From Anaerolineae bacterium (GTDB taxonomy: Bacteria > Chloroflexota > Anaerolineae > DRVO01), in the NCBI GenBank assembly GCA_050945695.1, contig JBMNTK010000004.1, positions 1 through 39,221 on the forward strand: a stretch of DNA of 39,221 nucleotides. The letters are read 5' to 3'. Of this stretch, positions 1 to 8,898 are shown in pieces (position 1 is the first letter of the stretch; every line of letters starts with the position of its first letter). Position numbers and translations under genes: made by a program. The notes under the pieces are model-generated. The model was not told where the DNA came from and searched no databases. It worked only from the letters and a program-made list of their open reading frames with translations.

Positions 1-462
1 CACCAGTAGCTCTGGCCGGTGCATCATGGCCTGGATGAGCCCCACCTTCCGTTTGTTTCCCTGGGACAAGTTGGAGATGCGGTGCCGGAGCCCCAGGTTG
101 AGCCGGGCTGCCAGCTCTCGCACGTATCCCCAGTCCACGCCGCCGCGCAGATGGGCGAAGTGACGCAGGAGCTCCGCCGCCGTCAGGTTCTCATACAGCG
201 TCAGCTCACCGGGAAGATAGCCCACGCGCCGCTTGATCTCCCGGCTCCCCTCGCGCGAGTCCAGGTCCAGCACCTGCGCTAAGCCGGAGGTAGGGCGGAT
301 GAAGTCCATCAGGATGCGGATGGTCGTGGTCTTGCCGGCCCCGTTGGGCCCGAGGAACCCAAAGACCTCGCCCCTTTGGACCTCGATGCTCAGGTCGAGT
401 ATGCCGCGGTTCTTGCCGTAGTACTTGGTGAGGTTGTCGGTCCGGATTACCGCCTGGCTCAT
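1..462 (-). CDS. ABC transporter ATP-binding protein (ABC-2/drug-export type), 3' end outside window
   Basis: Manual translation from ATG at 462: MSQAVIRTDNLTKYYGKNRGILDLSIEVQRGEVFGFLGPNGAGKTTTIRILM...VGYLPGE...LSQGNKRKVGLIQAMMHRPELLV; Walker A GPNGAGKTT and signature-like LSQG; frame open to the window edge. Confidence 0.93.
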   Translation of the reverse strand, partial: MSQAVIRTDNLTKYYGKNRGILDLSIEVQRGEVFGFLGPNGAGKTTTIRILMDFIRPTSGLAQVLDLDSREGSREIKRRVGYLPGELTLYENLTAAELLRHFAHLRGGVDWGYVRELAARLNLGLRHRISNLSQGNKRKVGLIQAMMHRPELLV

Positions 463-694
463 CCTCGTCTCCCCCGGCTGGATGGGACTCCCCCGTTCTA
501 GAAAGGCCTCAGTCAGGTACGCTTGATCCCGGCCCCTGCACGCGCTTTGTCGCCGTTTGGGCAGCACACACGCCGCTCAGCGGGCGCTGTCAGGCCGGTT
601 CGAGCGAAATCGCGCGCGTATAGGTAGGCAACTGCGCCCGAGCGATGCCCCACTCCACTGAATATGAGCAAGGTTTGTGCCTATTGCCACAGAT

Positions 695-1474
695 TCAGGC
701 GCCGCTGCTGGTCTCTAGTTGAACATCAGCAAGCTCCAGCCAGGCAGCCTCCGGGGTGCTGAGGTTGCCAAACCTCAGCCGGCCACCGGGTGGCAGAGAG
801 GCGTACTGATTGTCCACCCACAATACCAGGCCCAATGGGCCCCGCGGAGAGACGGGGGTCTGGAAGATCACCTCACCGTCTAGGCCAAACGAGACCTGCT
901 CCGGCTGCCAGGTCAGGGAGTAGGTATGCCAAGCGGTGACGTCGGCATCCACCACGGCGGCATCCTCCCTGATGAAGCGGCGGGCCAGCCGGCGCAGGAT
1001 GCGGGCAGTGGGTGACAAGAACAGACCCGCTGCCAGCGGTGCGGCCAGCACCAGCACCGCCGGCGGTAGCGGCCGCGAAGAGAACGTGGCCGCGAGGAAG
1101 CCGCATGCTGGGTGATCGTCGTGTAGAGCCAGGTGGTTGGGGGGCGAGGCGTGGAAGAACCAGACGGCATCAGGCAGGGCGGGCAGCCGCCTGCCCGAGC
1201 CCCGGACCGTGAGGCTGGCACCGAAGGGGTCGTTCCAGAAGCCGAAGCCCCAGGTGCCCAAGAGGTCGGGGGCCGAGGCGCGCGCCCGCAATGACAGGCG
1301 CAGAGGCGGGCTATGGGGGAAGTCGCTTCGGGTGCGACACTCGGCGTAGTCGTCCAGCTGCGCCAACCGGTAGCCCCGCGCCTCCCCCGGCGGCAAGTAC
1401 AGGCGCCACTGACCCACCCCGATCGGCGTCACCTGCCCGCCTCCGGCCGCGCGAGCCCTAAGGTCAACTGCCAT
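695..1474 (-). CDS. Hypothetical protein with concanavalin-A/GH16-like C-terminal motif
   Basis: ORF 695..1510, start moved to ATG 1474, which overlaps the upstream stop. WHTYSLTWQPEQVSFGLDG resembles the GH16/LamG beta-sandwich motif; no ExDxxE catalytic motif seen. Confidence 0.6.
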   Translation of the reverse strand: MAVDLRARAAGGGQVTPIGVGQWRLYLPPGEARGYRLAQLDDYAECRTRSDFPHSPPLRLSLRARASAPDLLGTWGFGFWNDPFGASLTVRGSGRRLPALPDAVWFFHASPPNHLALHDDHPACGFLAATFSSRPLPPAVLVLAAPLAAGLFLSPTARILRRLARRFIREDAAVVDADVTAWHTYSLTWQPEQVSFGLDGEVIFQTPVSPRGPLGLVLWVDNQYASLPPGGRLRFGNLSTPEAAWLELADVQLETSSGA

Positions 1475-2123
1475 CTGCTCTCTCCAGCACGAATACGGGG
1501 ACGGTGGCACCGCCGAGCCTATGCTTGATGACGCTGGCCCGGAAGCCGGCCTCTCGCGCCCGCTCCCCGAACCGCTCCAGCACCTGGTCGGTGGCGCCGG
1601 GCCGGGTCAGCCAGGGAAGCCGCGCCAGAAGGGGATGGTGTATCTCCACTAGCAGGCCGCCTACCACCAGCCGGGAAGGGCCGGGTCGTAGCACTCGGCG
1701 GACCTCGGCCAGGACGGCAGCGCGGCCGATGTAGTCACTGGGGAAGGTGGACACCACCGAATCGAAGACGCCGTCGGGAAAGGGCATGTGGGCCGCATCG
1801 GCACGAACGCGAGGGACCTGAACCCCGGATCGGCGTAGCCGGCGGGTGGCCACGCGCTGCATCTGGGATGACCGCTCCAACCCCCACGGTTCCAGCCCGC
1901 ACCGGGCCATCTGCACCAGGAGGGCGCCGGTCCCGTACCCGAGCTCCAGTACCCGAGGCCCGCGCACGTGCTGCACGACGGTGCTCCGCCATCGGTCCCA
2001 TTGGCCGCCGCTCACCAGGTAGCTGACCGGGTCGTAGGCCCAGGCGAACTCGTGGTAGAGCCGCTCCGCCGCCCAGAGGTACAGCCTGGCCCAGGCGGGC
2101 CGACGGGGCATACTCAGGCCCAC
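1464..2123 (-). CDS. Class I SAM-dependent methyltransferase (UbiE/Methyltransf_11-like)
   Basis: VLELGYGTG motif I, ADAAHMPFPDGVFDSVV motif II, EVRRVLRPG motif III. Confidence 0.88.
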   Translation of the reverse strand: MGLSMPRRPAWARLYLWAAERLYHEFAWAYDPVSYLVSGGQWDRWRSTVVQHVRGPRVLELGYGTGALLVQMARCGLEPWGLERSSQMQRVATRRLRRSGVQVPRVRADAAHMPFPDGVFDSVVSTFPSDYIGRAAVLAEVRRVLRPGPSRLVVGGLLVEIHHPLLARLPWLTRPGATDQVLERFGERAREAGFRASVIKHRLGGATVPVFVLERADGS

Positions 2124-2126
2124 GGC

Positions 2127-2279
2127 CTAGCCCAGGACACTGGCATCAGAGAAGAACCACCCGAAGAGCCCCAGCCCGGCGCACAGGCAGCCGCAGACCA
2201 AGAGCAACAGGGCGAGGGCCAGCAGGGCAGGGATCACCCAGCCGGTGCTGCCACCATCGGACGAGGGTTGAGCTGCCAT
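2127..2279 (-). CDS. Small single-pass membrane protein (50 aa, Cys-containing TM segment)
   Basis: ATG 2279: MAAQPSSDGGSTGWVIPALLALALLLLVCGCLCAGLGLFGWFFSDASVLG; GGAG upstream; stop 3 bp before the methyltransferase start. Confidence 0.6.
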   Translation of the reverse strand: MAAQPSSDGGSTGWVIPALLALALLLLVCGCLCAGLGLFGWFFSDASVLG

Positions 2280-2456
2280 GGCACGACTCCCGGAGGCCCG
2301 GGTGCGCCCGGGCGGTGGTAGGCTGACCAGCCTGTCCGCCAGTCTATAGCCGGCCTGGGGCATGGGGTCAAACCGGATCGAGGTGGCCCCTGCGGGGTGC
2401 GTCTCATCACTGAGGGCCAAAGCCGCGGGATACCTGCGGAAAGCCGGCCCTGTGAC

Positions 2457-2714
2457 GTGGGTGTAGGGGCGGACAGGCTGTCCGCCCGTGGGGCAGGCGC
2501 AGTGGCCTGCCCCTACCCAGACGTCGTCGGCGGCCGAATCAGCCCGCCGCAGGGCGGGCTTCGCCCGGGGGAAATCCCGGTCGGGATTTCCCCTAGGTAG
2601 CCGGGGGGTTCAGCCCCCGGCGACAGCGTGCCCCGGGCAGGCACGGGACGCGATCATGGGTGTAGGGACGGACGACCCTGTCCGCCCCCGGGGGCAGGCC
2701 CCTACCCGGACGTC
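2457..2714. repeat. GTAG-family REP-like palindrome cluster
   Basis: GTAGGGGCGGACAGGCTGTCCGCCC...GGGCAGGC...GCCTGCCCCTAC (2463-2516) and a related copy GTAGGGACGGAC...GTCCGCCC...GGGGCAGGCCCCTAC (2662-2705), with shared flanks TGGGT/CCRGACGTC. Central GTAGCCGGGGGGTTCAGCCCCCGGC hairpin at 2597 plus further GC-rich hairpins. Confidence 0.75.
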
Positions 2715-2787
2715 TCCGGCGGTCAAAGGTCCCAAGCGCTAGGCACGGCGGGCATCTTTAGGCGCTCGCTCTCCCCGGCCCCATCCC

Positions 2788-3933
2788 TCACCGACTCTCC
2801 GTCCCGTGGTACTCGCCGTTGAACCAACTCTGCACCGCCGCCCGCAGCCGCCTCCACAACCGCCGCGAGAACGAGCGCAGCTCTGCCACCCGGTAGTGGG
2901 CGCGGTAGTAATAGATGCGCCAGCGCTTGGGCGGGGCGGCCGGTATCCTGCTCCAGCGTACCGCCACCGCTCCCCAGGTGAGCCCGGCGCCAAACCCCAC
3001 CAACACCAGCAAGTCCCCCTCATTGATCCGACCATCGGCGATGGCCCGGCAGAGGGCAATCGGAATCGAGGCCGCAGAGGTGTTGCCGCACCATTCCACC
3101 GTCTCCACCACCCTCTCCGGCCCCAGCCCCAGGGAACGGGCAGCCGTCTCGGTGATGCGCCCGTTGGCCTGATGGGGAATGAGCAAAGAGACGTCCCCGA
3201 CCTCCAGCCCCACCCGGGCCAGCACCTCGCGGGTGGACCGCTCCAGGGCCTTGACGGCGAAGCGATACACCTCCCGGCCTTCCATGCGCACGTAGTGCTG
3301 CCGTTCGGCGACCGTCGCTTCGCAGGTGGGCAGGCGGGCCCCGCCGGCAGGCACGTAGAGCAAGTTGGCCCCCGAACCATCAGAGCCCAAGTAGGTGCCC
3401 AGGATGCCGCCGGGGTTCTCAGCCGCCTGCAGCACCACCGCTCCGGCGCCGTCCCCGAAGAGCACACAGGTGCTGCGGTCCTCCCAGTCCACGAATCGGG
3501 AGAGGGTCTCGGCCCCGATCACCACCGCCAGACGGGCGCTGCCGGCACGGATGGCCTGCTCGGCCTGGGCCAGGGCGTAGACGAATCCCGTGCACCCGGC
3601 ACTGATGTCGTAGGCGGCCGCGCCCCGGGCGCCGATGGCGTCCTGTACCAGGCAGGCAGTGGAGGGGAACACGTACTCCGGGGAGATGGTGGCCACGATG
3701 ATCAGGTCAACCCGGCTCGGCTCCACCCCCGCCACCTGCAGAGCCCTCCGGGCCGCCTCGATGGCCATGGTCCCGGTGCTCTCACCGGGCGCAGCGATGT
3801 GCCGCTCCCGGATTCCCGTGCGTGAGGTTATCCATTCGTCGCTGGTGTCCAGCCGGGACGCGAGATCGGCGTTGGTGAGCACTTTCTCGGGCAGGTAGGA
3901 GCCCCAGCCCACGATGTGAGCAGTCAATGGCAT
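2788..3933 (-). CDS. fabH: 3-oxoacyl-ACP synthase III (FabH) with basic C-terminal extension
   Basis: DTSDEWITSRTGIRER, AGCTGF (catalytic Cys), LFGDGAGA, MEGREVYRFAV, PHQAN (His), GNTSAAS (Asn), GFGAGLTWG. Confidence 0.96.
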   Translation of the reverse strand: MPLTAHIVGWGSYLPEKVLTNADLASRLDTSDEWITSRTGIRERHIAAPGESTGTMAIEAARRALQVAGVEPSRVDLIIVATISPEYVFPSTACLVQDAIGARGAAAYDISAGCTGFVYALAQAEQAIRAGSARLAVVIGAETLSRFVDWEDRSTCVLFGDGAGAVVLQAAENPGGILGTYLGSDGSGANLLYVPAGGARLPTCEATVAERQHYVRMEGREVYRFAVKALERSTREVLARVGLEVGDVSLLIPHQANGRITETAARSLGLGPERVVETVEWCGNTSAASIPIALCRAIADGRINEGDLLVLVGFGAGLTWGAVAVRWSRIPAAPPKRWRIYYYRAHYRVAELRSFSRRLWRRLRAAVQSWFNGEYHGTESR

Positions 3934-4090
3934 GGCAGGCTTCCAGGTGTAGGAGCTGAAGGAGGCTGGGCATCGCGCCCACGAGGCTGAGGATCATCGT
4001 TGACCCGGCCACTACAACATAACTGAGAACACGCGCGGGTGCCCATAGTTGCTAACTGGCAGATGGAACACGAGCCCCCCGCACCCGGGC

Positions 4091-4148
4091 TTGTCAAGGC
4101 TGGCAGCCCCGGTGTATGCTGGGGCCGTGATATATCACGCGTATATCA
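4091..4148 (+). promoter_or_regulatory. Sigma70-like promoter and palindromic operator upstream of the GntR gene
   Basis: TTGTCA (4091-4096), 18 bp, TATGCT (4115-4120); perfect 14-bp palindrome CGTGATATATCACG (4126-4139) over the predicted +1; extra half-site GTATATCA (4141-4148). Confidence 0.6.
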
Positions 4149-4160
4149 AAGGGTTCATCG

Positions 4161-4814
4161 GTGACAGGGCACAAAGAACGGGCCTATGAGGCCCTCAAGG
4201 AAGAGATCATGTCGGGAGCGTGGCCTCCCGGCACCCAGCTCTCGCCGGACACCATAGCCGAGAGCCTGGGCATGAGCCGCACCCCGGTTCGGGATGCCCT
4301 CCAAGCTCTTCAGCAGGAGAGACTGGTGGAGGTCATCCCTCGGCGCGGCTACTTCGTCAGCCGCATCACCGTCCGGGACGTGGAAGAGATCTTCGAGCTG
4401 CGTCTGATCCTGGAGACGGCCGCTGCCGAACGCGCCACCAACCGCATCTCCCCGGACGAGATCGAGCGTCTGGCCAGGCTTTCTAGCCGGTACGTGGCCG
4501 GTGATATCGAAAGCTACAAGGCCTACCTGCGCGAGAACCGTGAGTTCCACGTGGCGGTGGCGGCAGCCACAGGCAACCGGCTCCTGGAGGAGACCCTGGC
4601 CCGCATCCTCGATCAGATGCGGCGCTTCCTCGTCCTCCGGCTCGAGCTGAGCCAGGACGCCGACGACATGCTCGCCGAGCACTACCTGCTGCTGGACGCC
4701 TTCCGGGATCGTGACCCGCAGCGGGCAGCGGAGTATATGCGCGTAGCTATTGAACACGCCCGCGATGCGGTGCTGGAGTCCGTCTTCCGACACGGCAAGG
4801 ACTGGGCAGTTTAG
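4161..4814 (+). CDS. GntR-family transcriptional regulator (FCD/FadR subfamily)
   Basis: wHTH LGMSRTPVRDALQAL...PRRGYFV; FCD motifs ELRLILE, NREFH, GNRLL, EHYLLLDA. Confidence 0.93.
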   Translation: MTGHKERAYEALKEEIMSGAWPPGTQLSPDTIAESLGMSRTPVRDALQALQQERLVEVIPRRGYFVSRITVRDVEEIFELRLILETAAAERATNRISPDEIERLARLSSRYVAGDIESYKAYLRENREFHVAVAAATGNRLLEETLARILDQMRRFLVLRLELSQDADDMLAEHYLLLDAFRDRDPQRAAEYMRVAIEHARDAVLESVFRHGKDWAV

Positions 4815-4820
4815 TAGGGA

Positions 4821-4917
4821 GGCCACGGAGGCACCGAGACACAGAGGGACTGATGGGCTCCGGAGGCTTCGGCCCGTCCGTTGTTCGCTTTCTCTCTGCC
4901 TTCGTGTCTCTGCGGCC
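4821..4917. repeat. Imperfect inverted repeat of the CACAGAG/CTCTGTG 9-nt-period intergenic family
   Basis: GGCCACGGAGGCACCGAGACACAGAGGGA (4821-4849) pairs imperfectly with TCTCTCTGCCTTCGTGTCTCTGCGGCC (4891-4917), enclosing an inner hairpin. Confidence 0.55.
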
Positions 4918-4931
4918 CATGGGGTGAGGTC

Positions 4932-5996
4932 ATGAAGGCATTGGTCAAGGCTGAAGCGGCCCCGGGGCTGGAGGTGCGAGAACTACCCCAGCCGAAGATT
5001 GGGCCGCGGGACGTACTGGTCAAGGTGCGGGCCTGCTCCATCTGCGGCACCGACCTCCACATCTACCGGTGGGACCAGGCCGGCAGTGGCCGGCTGCGCC
5101 CGCCCATGGTCATCGGCCACGAGTTCTGTGGCTACGCCGTGCAGTGTGGCCCCGAGGTTACCTCCATCAAGGAAGGCGACTTCGTCAGCGCCGACAGCCA
5201 CTTGCCCGACTGGAGCTGCCGCGTCTGCCGCAACGGGCTCCCTCACATATGTGCTAACCTGCAGATCCTAGGCATAGACCGGCCGGGCGCCTTCGCCGAG
5301 TATGTCTGCCTGCCCGAGACCTCCCTCTGGGTCAACGACCCCGAGCTTGACCCGGCCATGGCCAGCATCCAGGACCCCATGGGCAACGCCGTGCACGCCA
5401 CCCTGATCGAGCCCGTGGCCGGCCGCTCGGTGGTGATCTTCGGCGATGGTCCCACCGGGCTGGGGGCAGTGGCCGTGGCTCGCGCGGCGGGAGCGGACAC
5501 GATAGTGCAGGTGGGGCTGTCAGACTACCTGCTCGATATCGGCCGCCGGCTGGGTGCTACGGCGAGCGTTCACGCCGGCCGGCAAGACGCGGTGGAGGAA
5601 GTGGCCCGCCTGTGCGCCGACGGAGCCGACGTAGCGCTGGAGATGAGCGGTAGCGCGGTGGCGGTGCGCCAGGGGCTCGAGTGCCTGCGGCCAGGCGGCC
5701 GCTTCAGCGCCTTTGGCCTGACCAATGGCCCCGTGGAAGTGGACCTGACCAACCAGGTTGTCTTCAAGGGGGCCCGCATCTTGGGCATCACCGGGCGGAT
5801 CATGTGGGACACCTGGTATCAGATGGCCGGGCTGCTGCGTTCCGGCGGGCTCGACTTCGGGCCCATCGTGACCCACCGGCTGCCCTTCGATCAGTGGCAG
5901 CATGCCTTCGACCTGCTGTTGGCCCCCGACCGCCAGGCAGCTAAGATAGTGCTGTTTCTGGATGAGGATGACGAGATGCTGCGCTCACTCTCGTGA
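4932..5996 (+). CDS. tdh: L-threonine 3-dehydrogenase (zinc-dependent MDR family)
   Basis: Start ATG 4932 after GAGG: MKALVKAEAAPGL, SICGTDLHIYRWD, GHEF, DPMGNAVH, LEMSG, GITGRIMWDTW, PIVTHR; adjacent to kbl. Confidence 0.85.
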   Translation: MKALVKAEAAPGLEVRELPQPKIGPRDVLVKVRACSICGTDLHIYRWDQAGSGRLRPPMVIGHEFCGYAVQCGPEVTSIKEGDFVSADSHLPDWSCRVCRNGLPHICANLQILGIDRPGAFAEYVCLPETSLWVNDPELDPAMASIQDPMGNAVHATLIEPVAGRSVVIFGDGPTGLGAVAVARAAGADTIVQVGLSDYLLDIGRRLGATASVHAGRQDAVEEVARLCADGADVALEMSGSAVAVRQGLECLRPGGRFSAFGLTNGPVEVDLTNQVVFKGARILGITGRIMWDTWYQMAGLLRSGGLDFGPIVTHRLPFDQWQHAFDLLLAPDRQAAKIVLFLDEDDEMLRSLS

Positions 5997-6122
5997 AGGC
6001 AGCCCGGGCATCGAGCTTGGCGGGATTAACTCGTTGCCTGCTAAGGGAGAACCCACGGGGTAGGAATCTGCCTCGGGTGGCACCAGAACACACCAGAAGA
6101 ACAGGCTGGGATCAGGCGAATC

Positions 6123-6339
6123 TCAAACCTTCTCCCATTCCTCCCGAGTGATCCCGGCCTGGCGTAGGATCCGAGCTAGTAAGTCAGGGCCGATATCGCT
6201 CTGGTGGGGATTGGGGAGGGCCACTCTCGTCTCCGCTCTGACCATGTACTGGTGTCGGCCGCCAACATATGGGTCGAAGCCTAACATAGTGAGGACATGA
6301 ATCAGGTCAACGCCTCCTTATAGGCCCGAAGGGAGGCAC
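6123..6339 (-). pseudogene. hicA: HicA-family toxin, frameshifted
   Basis: GTG 6339 overlaps the hicB stop: VPPFGPIRRR then TGA. The +1 frame continues DLIHVLTMLGFDPYVGGRHQYMVRAETRVALPNPHQSDIGPDLLARILRQAGITREEWEKV* (HicA G-x-H motif and ILRQAG tail). One extra base at about 6309. Confidence 0.85.
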
Positions 6340-6584
6340 TAAGCCGCTGCCTCCCGGCCGATCTTGAGGCTGATACCGTCTACCTCAGGAAGGGAGTGTC
6401 CGAGGTGCAGTCCCAGTAGGATCCAACCCTCTAGGACCTCCTGCAACTGCTCTCGGCAGGCTTCAAGCGTATCGGCAGTAGCGTACACACCCTGGAAGCC
6501 GGGGATCTCCCCGTAGTATGTGCCGTCAGGCAAGATCTCGTAAGTGGCATGGCCTAAGGCGGCATGGATGTACCTGGTTAGCAT
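6339..6584 (-). CDS. hicB: HicB-family antitoxin (short form, no HTH)
   Basis: ATG 6584 with AAGGAG SD: MLTRYIHAAL...YYGEIPGFQGVYATADTLEACREQLQEVLEGWILLGL; hicB-hicA gene order. Confidence 0.88.
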   Translation of the reverse strand: MLTRYIHAALGHATYEILPDGTYYGEIPGFQGVYATADTLEACREQLQEVLEGWILLGLHLGHSLPEVDGISLKIGREAAA

Positions 6585-6612
6585 GCAGATACTCCTTCCA
6601 AGGATACAGACA

Positions 6613-6641
6613 AGGCTATATCCTCCCACATGCAGGGTCAA
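6613..6641 (-). promoter_or_regulatory. Sigma70-like promoter for hicBA
   Basis: TTGACC (6641-6636), 17 bp, TAGCCT (6618-6613) on the minus strand. Confidence 0.5.
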
Positions 6642-6667
6642 GCTTGGGGGCTCATCGGGCCTCCACC

Positions 6668-6696
6668 TTGGCGCCTCAGGGGAGGACGGCTAGGAT
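6668..6696 (+). promoter_or_regulatory. Sigma70-like promoter for kbl
   Basis: TTGGCG (6668-6673), 17 bp, TAGGAT (6691-6696). Confidence 0.45.
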
Positions 6697-6743
6697 GCTA
6701 CCGGCTTCGTCTGTGGCCTTTGACCCACTGAATGGGAGGCACC

Positions 6744-7934
<1,191 letters not shown>

Positions 7935-8012
7935 GCCATAGCGAGCCGCCTCTTGGAGCGCGGGCTCCCCACCACTAGGCGCCATGGAATGCAAGATCGG
8001 CCAGGAGGTCGC

Positions 8013-8366
8013 GTGACTCGGGTAACACGGAGCGTAGACCGGCAGGATGTGGAGAGGATCGTCCAGCAGATAGTGGACGCCTTCCGGCCCCAGAAAGTGA
8101 TCCTCTTTGGCTCTCATGCCTACGGCGTTCCCGATGCCGAGAGCGATGTGGACCTGCTGGTGGTCATGGACACCGACGATCCGCTCCACACCGCTGGGCT
8201 CATCTCTTCGGCAATAGACCATCCGTTCCCTATAGACATCCTCGTCTTGCGACCCAGAGACCTGGAACAGTCCCTCGACGAGAGCAGCGTCTTCGCCAGA
8301 CAGGTCAGCACCGAGGGCCGGGTGCTGTATGAAGCAAGCGACGATCGAGTGGCTCAGCCGCGCTGA
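8013..8366 (+). CDS. Minimal nucleotidyltransferase (MNT) of an MNT-HEPN pair
   Basis: GTG 8013 after AGGAGG; LFGSHAYG...SDVDLLVV (GS-x10-DxD) and C-terminal EGRVLYE. Confidence 0.88.
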   Translation: MTRVTRSVDRQDVERIVQQIVDAFRPQKVILFGSHAYGVPDAESDVDLLVVMDTDDPLHTAGLISSAIDHPFPIDILVLRPRDLEQSLDESSVFARQVSTEGRVLYEASDDRVAQPR

Positions 8367-8712
8367 GGGGGACTGGAAGGTAGCTCGGCGCGAGATGGAA
8401 GCGCCTGACCCGGTCTACAACGTGGTCTGCTTCCTCGCTCCGCAGTGCGCCGAGAAGTGCCTCAAGGCGGTGCTTGAGGAGTACGGCGTCGCCTTTGCCA
8501 AGACGCATGATCTCGTGGTCCTACTCGACCTCATGGCCGGGCGGCTCCCCGGCCTCGAGGAGTTGAGGCAGGACATCGCGTATCTCACACCCTTTGCCAT
8601 CGCGGGTCGCTACCCGGGCATGGAAGCCGGTCCGGACACAGCTGCAGCCGCTCTGCGCATCGCCGGCGAAGTCCGGCGGGCGTCGCATCAGATCCTAGGC
8701 TGGCAGCCCTAG
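8329..8712 (+). CDS. HEPN-domain protein, putative toxin partner of MNT
   Basis: EWLSRAEGD, CFLAPQCAEKCLKA, KTHDL and RYPG motifs of the HEPN family; overlaps the MNT gene. Confidence 0.88.
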   Translation: MKQATIEWLSRAEGDWKVARREMEAPDPVYNVVCFLAPQCAEKCLKAVLEEYGVAFAKTHDLVVLLDLMAGRLPGLEELRQDIAYLTPFAIAGRYPGMEAGPDTAAAALRIAGEVRRASHQILGWQP

Positions 8713-8898
8713 CTGGTAACACCACAGGTCTCAGCGCCCCGGCACCAGGATGCCGGTGCCCCACCGATTGGCGCCGGGGGTGCCCAGGCACTAGGCTCAG
8801 GGCTGCCGGAACCTGTGGCACTTCACAGGCGTCCTAGCTCTAGCGTCACGTGTAACCGCAGTCAGGAACCGCTAGCTGACCCCAAGAGGAATGAGTAC

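Noticed and set aside
2457-2714. Possible CRISPR array
   Set aside because: Only two degenerate units, no regular repeat-spacer period, no cas genes.
8844-8866. GTCACG/TGTAACC words upstream of the Asp-box lipoprotein, similar to the OmpR-type boxes at 35563-35591
   Set aside because: Spacing is 7-9 bp rather than 11 bp; likely chance.
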